Shown: positions 17,030-26,067 of the stretch, piece after piece
Layout of the letters: every line of letters starts with the position of its first letter
Numbering within the stretch: position 1 is the stretch's first letter
DNA from: a virus
Length of the DNA stretch: 64,000 bases
IMG/VR virus record: IMGVR_UViG_3300045988_127492
Coordinates: 87,921 to 151,920 of that record
Reading direction: 5' to 3' (one strand)
Notes under the pieces: model-generated
Told to the model about the DNA's origin: nothing
The model's input: the letters and a program-made list of their open reading frames with translations, nothing else
Databases searched by the model: none
Translations under genes and position numbers: made by a program

Positions 17030-18244
17030 TCACACCTCCTCAAATAAAGCTTTTATTTTATTCAATTTTGTATCTGTAGCATTATCAATAATCGGTATAT
17101 CTTTTTCTAAGGCATTTTCTATTTTTTCTGCACACTTATATATATCTTTAGAAATTGATGTCCCATATATTATTACTGGCATAGTTGTATCGTCAAGTAT
17201 AACATCCGGATCATTCTCTTGCAGTATTTTCAAAATGCTTATAATAAAAACAGCAGTTCTAATACACTGGCTTCTATTCATCTTATTAGTTTTAAGAATA
17301 AACTCCAATAATGAAAATAGAGATGCTCTGTCTATTTCTCCTCTATGCGCTCTTTCAATCTTACCTCTTACAGGACTATCTAATGTATTGTTTAATTTAT
17401 CAATAATTATATTAGTAGGAGCTGATTTATCCATTGAAGCTAAATAGCTCTTAGAAATTTTATTTCTTTTATCTTCCTGTTCAATATACTGACATGCTTT
17501 ATTTTCTGAGAAATTCATGATATTCAGAATGAAATTAAACTGAAAATCAGGATTTTTTATTTTTGTATTCATTGCAGCTCTAAACCGGTGAAAACCATCA
17601 ATAATATCAAACTTCCCAGAATTAAGTACCAACTCAGAATCAACTATATCAAAATCCACATTTGGATCATCAACATTAAGATTTAAAGTCAGAGCATTAG
17701 GTACAAATTCTCCTTTACTCATTAAATCCTCGATAGCTTTTACAGATGTAGCAACTATATCAATTGTATATGATATATCTTGTCCTCTACGCCTTTGCTT
17801 AAGCTGACGCTGGGTCCTTGGATTATATATTATAAGTTGCTGATCATAAAGTTCTTTTAACAGATCAATGCTGATTTTTGCTACCCACTGATCTTCAGCT
17901 ATTTCTATTACCGGGCTTATTTTTATTGGATAAATCTCAGCTTTTCGATAATCTGCCTTCAAATTTGAAAAACGTACAATTTCTTTATCTGAGAAATATG
18001 TTTTTATTTCCATGTTTGCCCTAAAAACATTATTAAAAGCATCAATAAGCCAGTACATTTCATTATCTGGTATTTCATCTTTGCTCTTAGCACCGATAAC
18101 ATACTGCATATATTCTATATCTGAATATTCATATTTTTCCATAAGAAATTTTTTAGTTTCTTTCTTAAAGTATGAATTTTTTTGGAGCTGAGAAAAATAT
18201 CCATCCAATGTTTTATATAGGTTTTCACTTCTTAACATTTCCAA
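17030..18244 (-). CDS. DGQHR/ParB-Srx superfamily protein (DndB-like)
   Basis: 404 aa with FDIIDGFHRFRAAM (DG-x-HR motif). Length matches DndB-like proteins. Confidence 0.6.
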   Translation of the reverse strand: MEMLRSENLYKTLDGYFSQLQKNSYFKKETKKFLMEKYEYSDIEYMQYVIGAKSKDEIPDNEMYWLIDAFNNVFRANMEIKTYFSDKEIVRFSNLKADYRKAEIYPIKISPVIEIAEDQWVAKISIDLLKELYDQQLIIYNPRTQRQLKQRRRGQDISYTIDIVATSVKAIEDLMSKGEFVPNALTLNLNVDDPNVDFDIVDSELVLNSGKFDIIDGFHRFRAAMNTKIKNPDFQFNFILNIMNFSENKACQYIEQEDKRNKISKSYLASMDKSAPTNIIIDKLNNTLDSPVRGKIERAHRGEIDRASLFSLLEFILKTNKMNRSQCIRTAVFIISILKILQENDPDVILDDTTMPVIIYGTSISKDIYKCAEKIENALEKDIPIIDNATDTKLNKIKALFEEV

Positions 18245-18278
18245 GCCTCCTTTCTAGTATTATAACATTGTTTAGGAA

Positions 18279-19277
18279 TTATTTCAACAAGCTATTTACA
18301 TATTTAGCTGCTTCTGCATCAACAGGTTTCTGAACAATATATCTTTGTGTAGTATCCACGCGTGAATGATGCATATTTTGCTGAACATACGCAATATCTC
18401 CTGTTTTCTCGTAAAGTAATGTTGCATAAGTACTTCTAAACTTATGTGGTGTAATATGCTTTTCAAAATCTACTGTATATGCTTTAACCAGATCCCTTAC
18501 AGATTTATCTGTAATCCTTGTCCTTCTATTTGATATGAATAAAGCATTACATTCTCGTTTAGCTAAAAGTTCGCTTCTTTTTATTGACCAATCTCTTAGT
18601 ATTTCAATAGTATCATCATCAAGTTCATATTCATACGTGTTCCTACGCTTATCAGTAACTCTAATGATTTTCTGATCCCAGAATATATCTTCCACATTAA
18701 GTTCTGTAAGCGCAGTAACACGAATACCAGTTACCATAAGAAGAGTAAATATAGCTAGGTTCCTTTCTTTCCAAGCCTCTCTTCTTGCATTAGCTCTTTT
18801 TGTACCAATAGAATTATCATTTATTCTATCCACAACTTTTTTCAACTCTGCAGCTGTCATAGCAACTTGCTTATGTGGATCTTTTACAGAAACCCTTTTT
18901 ATGCCACAGTCAAAAGGGTTTTCTGAAATTATTTTTCTACTTAATAAGTAATCAGCAAATGATTTTAATGCCGTATAAGCAGTTGCTTTAGCACTATCTG
19001 AACTATATCCTCCATCTCGCCCTCTCAAACAAGAAAGATAAGAGTTTACATTATCAATAGTCATTGCCCCATTGCAATCTTCTATTGACTCTATAAATCC
19101 ATTTTCTTTCAAATAATTCATAAATCTAACAGCTGTCATAGTATAATTTTGAGCAGTAAGATATTCGCATGAATTGAACAGACCATTATAATAACCAGTA
19201 AAATACTGTGGCTTATCTCTAAGTAATGTTCTCATCTTGCTTTCTGATTTATATTTATGTTCTTCTCTTCCCTTCAT
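18279..19277 (-). CDS. tyrosine recombinase / phage integrase
   Basis: Complete catalytic set: TGIRVTALTEL (Arg I), HKFRST (HxxR), MHHS (His), QRY (Tyr). Start ATG 19277 is preceded by GAGGTGA. Confidence 0.85.
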   Translation of the reverse strand: MKGREEHKYKSESKMRTLLRDKPQYFTGYYNGLFNSCEYLTAQNYTMTAVRFMNYLKENGFIESIEDCNGAMTIDNVNSYLSCLRGRDGGYSSDSAKATAYTALKSFADYLLSRKIISENPFDCGIKRVSVKDPHKQVAMTAAELKKVVDRINDNSIGTKRANARREAWKERNLAIFTLLMVTGIRVTALTELNVEDIFWDQKIIRVTDKRRNTYEYELDDDTIEILRDWSIKRSELLAKRECNALFISNRRTRITDKSVRDLVKAYTVDFEKHITPHKFRSTYATLLYEKTGDIAYVQQNMHHSRVDTTQRYIVQKPVDAEAAKYVNSLLK

Positions 19278-19287
19278 GCAAATCACC

Positions 19288-19989
19288 TCACCATCTAAAT
19301 TTGTGATCTAATCCACTTCCACGGACTCCATTCTTTTCTCTTTCCTCAAGTATTTCTTTCCTAATTTTCTCATGTTTAGAGTGGAAATATGCCATTGCCA
19401 CCAACCAGATCATAATTAGCATAGCCCATCCTGATGGACCCGCTAACAAAAACATGAATGATATCAATACTAATACAATTATAGTTTTTGCATCAGATTC
19501 ATCCCACACCTCAACATGATTATCTGCTTTTGTTACTGGTCTATCGCTTGCTTTTCTCCAATTCCATGGATTGGGCAATGGGATTGGTTCATAATCATCT
19601 CTTACTACTGCAATAGGAAACGGATGTGCTTCTTCCATTTCAAAATCCAATGAATCTACTTTTACCCAAACAGTATAATTAGGATGGTATGTCCAAATTT
19701 TATTTCCTGTTCTTACCACCTGAAAAGTCCCTTGTTGTCCAGGTCTTAATGCTTTTTCCGCTAACTCATTTGCCTCATATACTAAATAAAGCTGGAACCC
19801 ATATGTATCATCATATGTTTCATGCTTAATGTCTGGAGCTAAAAATAATCCTGTATTAGGAACCATATTTTCAAGATGAGGCGGATACATACACTGCTCT
19901 TTATATAGCTCTTCTATAGTTTTATCTGGCATAGTATATGTCCAGCCTCGCTGCATATCTCTTACTTTAACTTTCTTTCCCAAATTCAC
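19288..19989 (-). CDS. membrane-anchored hypothetical protein
   Basis: 233 aa with two C-terminal TM helices (IIVLVLISFMFLLAG, AMLIMIWLVAMAYF). Its stop lies 8 nt before the integrase start. Confidence 0.6.
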   Translation of the reverse strand: MNLGKKVKVRDMQRGWTYTMPDKTIEELYKEQCMYPPHLENMVPNTGLFLAPDIKHETYDDTYGFQLYLVYEANELAEKALRPGQQGTFQVVRTGNKIWTYHPNYTVWVKVDSLDFEMEEAHPFPIAVVRDDYEPIPLPNPWNWRKASDRPVTKADNHVEVWDESDAKTIIVLVLISFMFLLAGPSGWAMLIMIWLVAMAYFHSKHEKIRKEILEEREKNGVRGSGLDHKFRW

Positions 19990-20028
19990 CTTACCTTTCC
20001 TTGGTACAAAAAGATAGCTATTTACAGT

Positions 20029-20559
20029 TTATGGCATCTGTGTAGTATTTTCAATAGGCCGCCATCCTACAACATATTTATTTGACCAGTTTCTCCATTC
20101 ATAATTTCCATATTTTCCTTTAATCATCATATCTCTTTTAAGACTACCATCAGTCATGAGAATTTCTACTTCTTTATATAATTCTGGAAAATCTCCCCAT
20201 TCTGTATGCCATTCCATATTTTCATCTTCTCTTTTTCTTACATATTCAATTACGGGAATCATTTTTTCTATCTTTTCCACTTCGTAAATGTCGATAAAAG
20301 TAACATCTCGTACATCTTTACAAAAATTATGGCTTATTTTTTCTGTTATATGGAAATAGCGATCTTCAACTCGCACAATATTCGAAAAATAATATACATT
20401 GAAAACGTCAAAGTTTTCATTCTTTGGCGAATTGCATGTGCGGACTTTTCCAAAGTCACAAATGAATTTGCATTGCAATTCTGTAAGTTCGCCTTTTGCC
20501 ATTTTATCAGCGGTGATTCCGCGTTCTTTTAGTCCTTCTCTGTAGTAGTAATCTGTCAT
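20029..20559 (-). CDS. hypothetical protein with DUF551-like C-terminus
   Basis: C-terminal W-x-W-x-D-FPE...VVGWRPI pattern resembles the phage DUF551 domain. 176 aa. Confidence 0.55.
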   Translation of the reverse strand: MTDYYYREGLKERGITADKMAKGELTELQCKFICDFGKVRTCNSPKNENFDVFNVYYFSNIVRVEDRYFHITEKISHNFCKDVRDVTFIDIYEVEKIEKMIPVIEYVRKREDENMEWHTEWGDFPELYKEVEILMTDGSLKRDMMIKGKYGNYEWRNWSNKYVVGWRPIENTTQMP

Positions 20560-20730
20560 AATGGTATCCTTTCTTGTAACATAATCCTTGTAGCGAGAGG
20601 TAATTAAAATAAATCAAATTATTTCAATTATGCTTGAACTAATAGGGAATGCCGGGCTTGCCTGGTAAATAATTTTGACATTTAGAGTACCTCCATAAGA
20701 AACTTCTGATCCATCAAACTCCTAAAATCA

Positions 20731-20844
20731 TCAATATAAGTATGACATCAATACTAAGAATACTCTGTCAGCAACTTTTTCATTCATATTTGTAAGCATA
20801 TACCAACAAGTCAAACTAATTATTGCACTTGAAATACTTCTCAT
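20731..20844 (-). CDS. 37-aa hydrophobic micro-protein (below the ORF-track cutoff)
   Basis: MRSISSAIISLTCWYMLTNMNEKVADRVFLVLMSYLY, preceded by AGGAGAATGTT. Confidence 0.35.
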   Translation of the reverse strand: MRSISSAIISLTCWYMLTNMNEKVADRVFLVLMSYLY

Positions 20845-20964
20845 AACATTCTCCTATACTCTCTTTGTTCATTTATCCTTTAAAATCTAAAAGTGGGCGG
20901 ACATACGGCTGGATATGTTCTACGTTCATGAATCTTGATGACATATTTTATTCCCTCCAATCTC

Positions 20965-21138
20965 CTACATATTCTTTAGTATTTCCATTGCATCATCTAA
21001 TGCTACTTGTTTTTCTTCTAATTGTTTCTGTAAGCTCTTTATCTCTTCGTCTCTGGCCTTTATCATAAGCTTTAACTGTTCTTTTGTAGCATTATGTGTA
21101 TTTAAATATTCTCCGTTTTCATACTGTTTATATGTCAT
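20965..21138 (-). CDS. 57-aa coiled-coil small protein (below the ORF-track cutoff)
   Basis: MTYKQYENGEYLNTHNATKEQLKLMIKARDEEIKSLQKQLEEKQVALDDAMEILKNM, preceded by AGGAGAACATT. Starts 10 nt after the 21148 gene stop. Confidence 0.5.
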   Translation of the reverse strand: MTYKQYENGEYLNTHNATKEQLKLMIKARDEEIKSLQKQLEEKQVALDDAMEILKNM

Positions 21139-21147
21139 AATGTTCTC

Positions 21148-21357
21148 CTACACTCTCATATTCCACGCATCAATCAATCCATGCGGTGTTTGATCCCAAC
21201 CTCTATCAATTCCTGCTATACAATTGCAACAATAAATTCTCCATCTTTTTCCTACTATGTGTGTATATTCTTCTAAAATAATTTCTGATTCTCCACAAAA
21301 CGGACACGGTTTGAATTTTACACCTTGATATAAATTTTTTGCCTTGATAGTCTTCAT
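21148..21357 (-). CDS. Lar-family-like zinc-ribbon protein (restriction-alleviation type)
   Basis: KPCPFCGESE ... CCNC ... IDAWNMRV matches the Lar-family pattern PCPFCG...AWN-x-R. 69 aa. Confidence 0.6.
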   Translation of the reverse strand: MKTIKAKNLYQGVKFKPCPFCGESEIILEEYTHIVGKRWRIYCCNCIAGIDRGWDQTPHGLIDAWNMRV

Positions 21358-21366
21358 AATATTCTC

Positions 21367-21555
21367 CTATGTAACTAATTCAAACTCTTTAATAAGTCTC
21401 TGTACAACCATCCGGTTACACTTCTTATAAGCAATCGAAAGTGTTTTCTTTGCACCTTCTTTCTTATAAATAGTGTGTCCGCCAGTGCAATGATCCAGTT
21501 CCCAACCATTTTTTAGAATGATTCTCTCAACTTCTCTTCTGTTATAAGTTTTCAT
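21367..21555 (-). CDS. hicA: HicA-like mRNA interferase toxin
   Basis: 62 aa. The pattern ILKNGWELDHCTGGHTIYKK...LSIAYKKCNRMVVQRLIKE fits the HicA/YcfA fold (G-H-x-x-Y). Confidence 0.65.
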   Translation of the reverse strand: MKTYNRREVERIILKNGWELDHCTGGHTIYKKEGAKKTLSIAYKKCNRMVVQRLIKEFELVT

Positions 21556-21644
21556 GTTTCACCTTCTTCCATCTAAATATCCATTCAATAATGATTCTTA
21601 CTACAACGCCTATTAAAAACCATTTCAAAATTTCGCCCTCTTCA

Positions 21645-22427
21645 TCATATCTTAAAATATCCAACTGTTTTATTCTTTGGCTTTCCCCAAATAGATTCAT
21701 ACAGATACTCTACCGTACTAGGTGCAATTCCATGATAGTTACACAATTCTTTAAATACTTCATATTTTGGTCTGGCATCAATATCTTCAATTACTTCTTC
21801 TAATGAAGTTTCGGCATGATTAGGACTACAACCATACATTGGAAGCGGCTCATACATATTCTTCAATTCTTTATAAACTTCATCATTATACTTATGAGTA
21901 CTATTATCCTGCTTCTCATCATACATAATTTCGCTTATTTTAAACTGAACAATATCACACATATGCCATTGATTATCATCGTCAACACATGAATCGAAAA
22001 AATTAACTTCAAATATATCATCGTTGGTTATATCAATATCATAATCATTTGCTACTTTAGCTGCAGAATCTAACATTTGATTTCTACATTGTTCCAAAGT
22101 GCCGATTTTCTCTACATAGAATCCAACACCATCATAGGCATGATGATAGATGCAGAGATAATTCCCGTCTTCTATTTCAATTTCATGGATAGTATTAACA
22201 TAGAATTCTCCATCTCCGAATGAATACGCAATGCGCATAATTTGATCATCAGATCCGTCTACATTTTTATATTCAAGCTCACTCATTACTTCTTCTCGGC
22301 TTTCCTCTGCAATACTGACTAAGTTGTCTATAACCCATTTATGAGCCGCAAAAGCAGTTTTGAAAAAGTAAAAATATGGTTCTCTATAATATTCATCATT
22401 CAATGTACATACTAAATATACTTTCAT
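21645..22427 (-). CDS. hypothetical acidic protein
   Basis: 260-aa ORF. No family recognised. Confidence 0.6.
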   Translation of the reverse strand: MKVYLVCTLNDEYYREPYFYFFKTAFAAHKWVIDNLVSIAEESREEVMSELEYKNVDGSDDQIMRIAYSFGDGEFYVNTIHEIEIEDGNYLCIYHHAYDGVGFYVEKIGTLEQCRNQMLDSAAKVANDYDIDITNDDIFEVNFFDSCVDDDNQWHMCDIVQFKISEIMYDEKQDNSTHKYNDEVYKELKNMYEPLPMYGCSPNHAETSLEEVIEDIDARPKYEVFKELCNYHGIAPSTVEYLYESIWGKPKNKTVGYFKI

Positions 22428-22428
22428 C

Positions 22429-22785
22429 TCACATTTCTCCTAAACGATCAATATATTGTTCAATATTTCCATTATCATACGTTTTTGTAACTAATATAGC
22501 AGATACTGTTTCTCCTATTCTTTTATAATATTTCTGATATGTGTCTGCACCATAGAGAAAATACTCTGTACCGTTATAATCTACAGTAATTTCATATTCT
22601 ACCTGATCTGTATAGACAAATGGTCTACCATTGAACATCGTCATATATTCTTCTTCTGGCTTATAATACTCATTTACAATTTTAACTTTTACAATCTTTT
22701 CTTTCTTGTTAATACATTTAGCACATCCAGCTAGCATAAACATACTGATAAGCATAATAGATAATATTGTAAATATTTTTTTCAT
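22429..22785 (-). CDS. lipoprotein
   Basis: MKKIFTILSIMLISMFMLAGC signal peptide plus lipobox. 118 aa. Confidence 0.7.
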   Translation of the reverse strand: MKKIFTILSIMLISMFMLAGCAKCINKKEKIVKVKIVNEYYKPEEEYMTMFNGRPFVYTDQVEYEITVDYNGTEYFLYGADTYQKYYKRIGETVSAILVTKTYDNGNIEQYIDRLGEM

Positions 22786-22800
22786 TCCAATATTCTCCTC

Positions 22801-23163
22801 TTACAATCCTAATTCGTTTAAAATAGGAAGCATTACAATAGTAAGTTCTGGATGAATTTTTTCCAAAGTTTCTCTAGCATTAAGTGGTTTATCTGGCTTA
22901 GTCAGTCTTGCGCATTCTCAATCAATTGCCATCTGGATATAATCATCATGAGTCTTAGCTTTTAAATGATGTCTACTATGATGTCTGTGCCAGTTATGCA
23001 CTTGTTTATAATCAAAGAATGGATATAAAAATACTTTATCTAAATCATGAAATAAACTTCTTACTGTATTATGACCTAATAATTGTTTCTCTACTACACG
23101 AAAAGCTTTCCTATGATCAAGTGTATATTTAATTCTGTCTTTATTTTTCATTTTTGTTTCCAC
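22801..23163 (-). pseudogene. His-rich small protein gene interrupted by an in-frame TGA (nonsense mutation, or readthrough/Trp decoding)
   Basis: Track ORF 22918-23163 stops at TGA. The same frame stays open for 41 more codons (ECARLTKPDKPLNARETLEKIHPELTIVMLPILNELGL) and ends 13 nt before the next gene's start codon. Confidence 0.5.
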
Positions 23164-23732
23164 TGTCTCTTTCTCTTACTCTGCATTTTCCAACCTGATA
23201 CTTTAGAGCATCTTTCATTATCATAAGCATTCAAATTTCTTTTATTTTTTATAGGTTTAAGAGTAATACCATACTCATATTTAATTTCATCAAGTTCCTC
23301 TGGCGTAATGCTTTTACGCTGATCAGAAGTCAATTTGGACCAATGATTGTTCCAACCACAATAACGATGTTTGTAATGTAATGTCCAATTTTTCTTATAT
23401 TGATCAGTAAGTTGATAAAAATCTCGCACATTACCATGATCGTCAATAATCAAATATCTATGATATTCGTGATAGCAAATATAATTAAAATCCAATTTAT
23501 TTTCTACTTTAGAATATTCATCTTCAAAATAATTAAATGAATAGTAGAAATCAATACTTCTCGTGCTATACAGGAACTTTAATTTGAAATATTTGTACAG
23601 ATTTTTAGTTCCAGTAACATATCCTATATATTCCCATGGAAGCCATCTGTAAATAGTATAATTGCAATGACATCCTACTGGTTTTGTCCGTTGCATATAA
23701 ATATGGTATTTTCTCATACTATAACCTTTCAT
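23148..23732 (-). CDS. hypothetical protein
   Basis: 194-aa ORF rich in Y/W/K/H. An alternative start is ATG 23717. Confidence 0.55.
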   Translation of the reverse strand: MKGYSMRKYHIYMQRTKPVGCHCNYTIYRWLPWEYIGYVTGTKNLYKYFKLKFLYSTRSIDFYYSFNYFEDEYSKVENKLDFNYICYHEYHRYLIIDDHGNVRDFYQLTDQYKKNWTLHYKHRYCGWNNHWSKLTSDQRKSITPEELDEIKYEYGITLKPIKNKRNLNAYDNERCSKVSGWKMQSKRKRQWKQK

Positions 23733-23762
23733 TTATCTCCCTCAAAAAGAGGGAGATTTATT

Positions 23763-24710
23763 TTATCCTATACAAATAACATTGTGAGTATCTTTTTTAT
23801 ACATATAAATCTTAGAAGTCAGGAAATCTTCCTTTGGAGTAGCTTCTTCTAAAGTGTCTTTTAACACCGATTTCAGGTCTTCTGGATCTACTCCCCCTGC
23901 CTTATGTATCATTACTTCATGAATACTTGTGAATACCAGATATAAATCTGAATCTAACAAATCTGCCAATTTTTCAGCCACTCCTGGTAAGAAAATAGCT
24001 ATGGCTCCATTTGTCTTTATTGTTGTACTGATACAATTTCCACTGTATCCAGCACTAATTTCACATTCTCTGTTTGGACTCATAAAATCATCACCATTAT
24101 AGCTTGGATCAAAAATCATTTTCTCCCACTTATAGAGTCTTGGTGGAGTCATTCGGTAGGTGTTATCAATTGCTTCTTTGAATAAGTTATCCTCATTCAG
24201 TTCCGGATGATCTTTCTTCCAATGTTCTAACATTGCTTTTCGAATCTTTGTACTTGTAACACAACCTTCCTGTTCTGAAACCTGCGCATAAGTGACAAGA
24301 GCAATATCACCAACAATCCTATGAATGGTATCCTGTAAGTCTGCAGCATTTTTATCTTTATTAAGTAAGCGTACAAATAAACGTTTTTTTGCTACTTCAT
24401 AATCTCTTAATCCTTTGGTCTGATCATAAACATTTGCATCTTTGATTCTAAGGATATCTTCAATGACCTTTGCCAGAATGTTTGCAAATGTATCACCTTC
24501 TTCATAGGACTTAAACAATTCCTGTGTATAAAGCCCACAGACCTCCCAGGCATCGTCATGCTCTGCAAACTTTACCAACAGTCTGTCTCCTACAGGCGCA
24601 AACCTCCCGCCTTCTTTCTCAAAAGAAATATTCTCTCTTGGAATGCTAATAGCTGCACTAATTTCATTTTTAAGTTCTTCTACAAATATTTCATAGTTCA
24701 TCATAAACAT
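23763..24710 (-). CDS. hypothetical protein; C-terminal domain paralogous to 45052-45546
   Basis: C-terminal GAIAIFLPGVAEKLADLL...LVFTSIHEVMIH aligns with GAIALFYPGAMERFAQLI...VIPSSTEEVILM of 45052-45546. Confidence 0.6.
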   Translation of the reverse strand: MFMMNYEIFVEELKNEISAAISIPRENISFEKEGGRFAPVGDRLLVKFAEHDDAWEVCGLYTQELFKSYEEGDTFANILAKVIEDILRIKDANVYDQTKGLRDYEVAKKRLFVRLLNKDKNAADLQDTIHRIVGDIALVTYAQVSEQEGCVTSTKIRKAMLEHWKKDHPELNEDNLFKEAIDNTYRMTPPRLYKWEKMIFDPSYNGDDFMSPNRECEISAGYSGNCISTTIKTNGAIAIFLPGVAEKLADLLDSDLYLVFTSIHEVMIHKAGGVDPEDLKSVLKDTLEEATPKEDFLTSKIYMYKKDTHNVICIG

Positions 24711-24725
24711 ACCCTCACTTTCTCG

Positions 24726-25499
24726 CTAACCCATATGGTTGCATGAATACTCTGCCATTTCACTTAACTTTTTAACTATAAAATCTGGTATATAACCACA
24801 TTCAGAGCAGATACAAATCTTTCCTAAAATATACAAACATGCTTGATCCCTTGGAATTTCTTTTCCCATGAACTGTTGTTTAGTTTCTTGGCATTCACCT
24901 TCATAACAGTATTCGTTCTGTGGACAGCTATCACAGTCATATTCCAGAGCATTTTCAATCCAAGGAAAATACCAAGCTAAGATATCAGATTCAATCCCGT
25001 TGCCATTGTCACCTGTACATTCCGTTATTCCTGTACTGAAGTCCAAAGGGATATATGGATCATTAGAAGAAAAATCCCTTATGTAAAAAGGTGCACATTT
25101 ATTCATGCCTGACTGCTGCATTTTTTGAATCCAAAACTGTTTATACTCTTCATAGGATTCACACTCTGTCCAAGAAAGTTCTTCTGGACTTGGTAAATCA
25201 TCATACCAAGTGGTTCCAAACATTGCTTCTAACTGTTTATTAATATTATCAGTGCATCTCCAGTCATACCCGTTTTGCTGATGAATGCTCTTTCCTCTAT
25301 TAGTATTAACAATTTCAAATACTGCCGGATAGTATTTCTCTACATAGTCATACATTTCTGAACAGGATTTATAATATTGTTTATAAAGTTTTCTCACTTC
25401 CTTATATACCGAATCAATAGTTACTGTGTTGTCGTTTGCCTTACCAATAATAAAACTTGAAGAACTACTATTGGTCACAAAACCATTACGAATCTTCAT
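24726..25499 (-). CDS. GFVTNSSSSSF N-terminal-motif family protein, Cys-rich C-terminus
   Basis: Starts MKIRNGFVTNSSSSSFIIGKAN when the internal ATG is used (track start is GTG 25508). GGAAGGGG RBS. Confidence 0.65.
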   Translation of the reverse strand: MKIRNGFVTNSSSSSFIIGKANDNTVTIDSVYKEVRKLYKQYYKSCSEMYDYVEKYYPAVFEIVNTNRGKSIHQQNGYDWRCTDNINKQLEAMFGTTWYDDLPSPEELSWTECESYEEYKQFWIQKMQQSGMNKCAPFYIRDFSSNDPYIPLDFSTGITECTGDNGNGIESDILAWYFPWIENALEYDCDSCPQNEYCYEGECQETKQQFMGKEIPRDQACLYILGKICICSECGYIPDFIVKKLSEMAEYSCNHMG

Positions 25500-26067
25500 T
25501 GGTACCACCCCTTCCTATATCATATGCTCTTTTACAGTAGACCCAATCATCACATAATGAACCTGCCATTTCTTTGTAGCACCCTTTGCACAAGTGTTGT
25601 CTGTCTTCTACTATTTTATTAAATTGGTCATAGTCTACATAGAATTCTTTCCGGTAAGTTCCATCTTCATCTTTAACTTTTCCTATATAACCACCATTTG
25701 CCATATCATAAGCAGTTTGGTCTATATATGGATGTAAGAAATCATAAATATCCTGTCCCAGATCATCTCCATCATACATGTACCCCTTCATGCAGAAGTT
25801 TATAGAAAAGCACCAGCCCGTGTAGTTATCAGTAGGACTCTTATAGAAATCCAAATAATATGCTGGATATAGCAGTCTATAATGATCTGCCCATTTAGAT
25901 TCCTTAAATTCTTTACATAACAGTTTATCCCAAAAATCTTCTTCGGAGCATTTTTTTGTCAAAAGGCTCAGATCATGAAGCAAGTCTTCCGGAATATCTT
26001 TTTTTAGTCCGAATGCTAAATTCCCCTCATAATAATTCCCCACTTTTCCACATCCTTTCGAACACAT
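25486..26067 (-). CDS. hypothetical protein
   Basis: 193-aa ORF overlapping its neighbours at both ends. Confidence 0.55.
   Translation of the reverse strand: MCSKGCGKVGNYYEGNLAFGLKKDIPEDLLHDLSLLTKKCSEEDFWDKLLCKEFKESKWADHYRLLYPAYYLDFYKSPTDNYTGWCFSINFCMKGYMYDGDDLGQDIYDFLHPYIDQTAYDMANGGYIGKVKDEDGTYRKEFYVDYDQFNKIVEDRQHLCKGCYKEMAGSLCDDWVYCKRAYDIGRGGTNEDS

Noticed and set aside
22918-22920. Selenocysteine insertion at the in-frame TGA.
   Set aside because: No SECIS-like hairpin immediately downstream that I could see, no selB/selC-type genes or tRNA-Sec in the window, and the local context (ID-x-ECAR) fits Trp rather than a redox Cys/Sec site.
23736-23756. Hairpin TCTCCCTC-aaaaa-GAGGGAGA as the terminator of gene 23763-24710.
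   Set aside because: On the transcribed (minus) strand the stem is followed by TAAATG, not a U-tract. The T-run exists only on the untranscribed plus strand. The stem also contains the likely SD (GGGAGA) of the next gene, so it may instead modulate translation.
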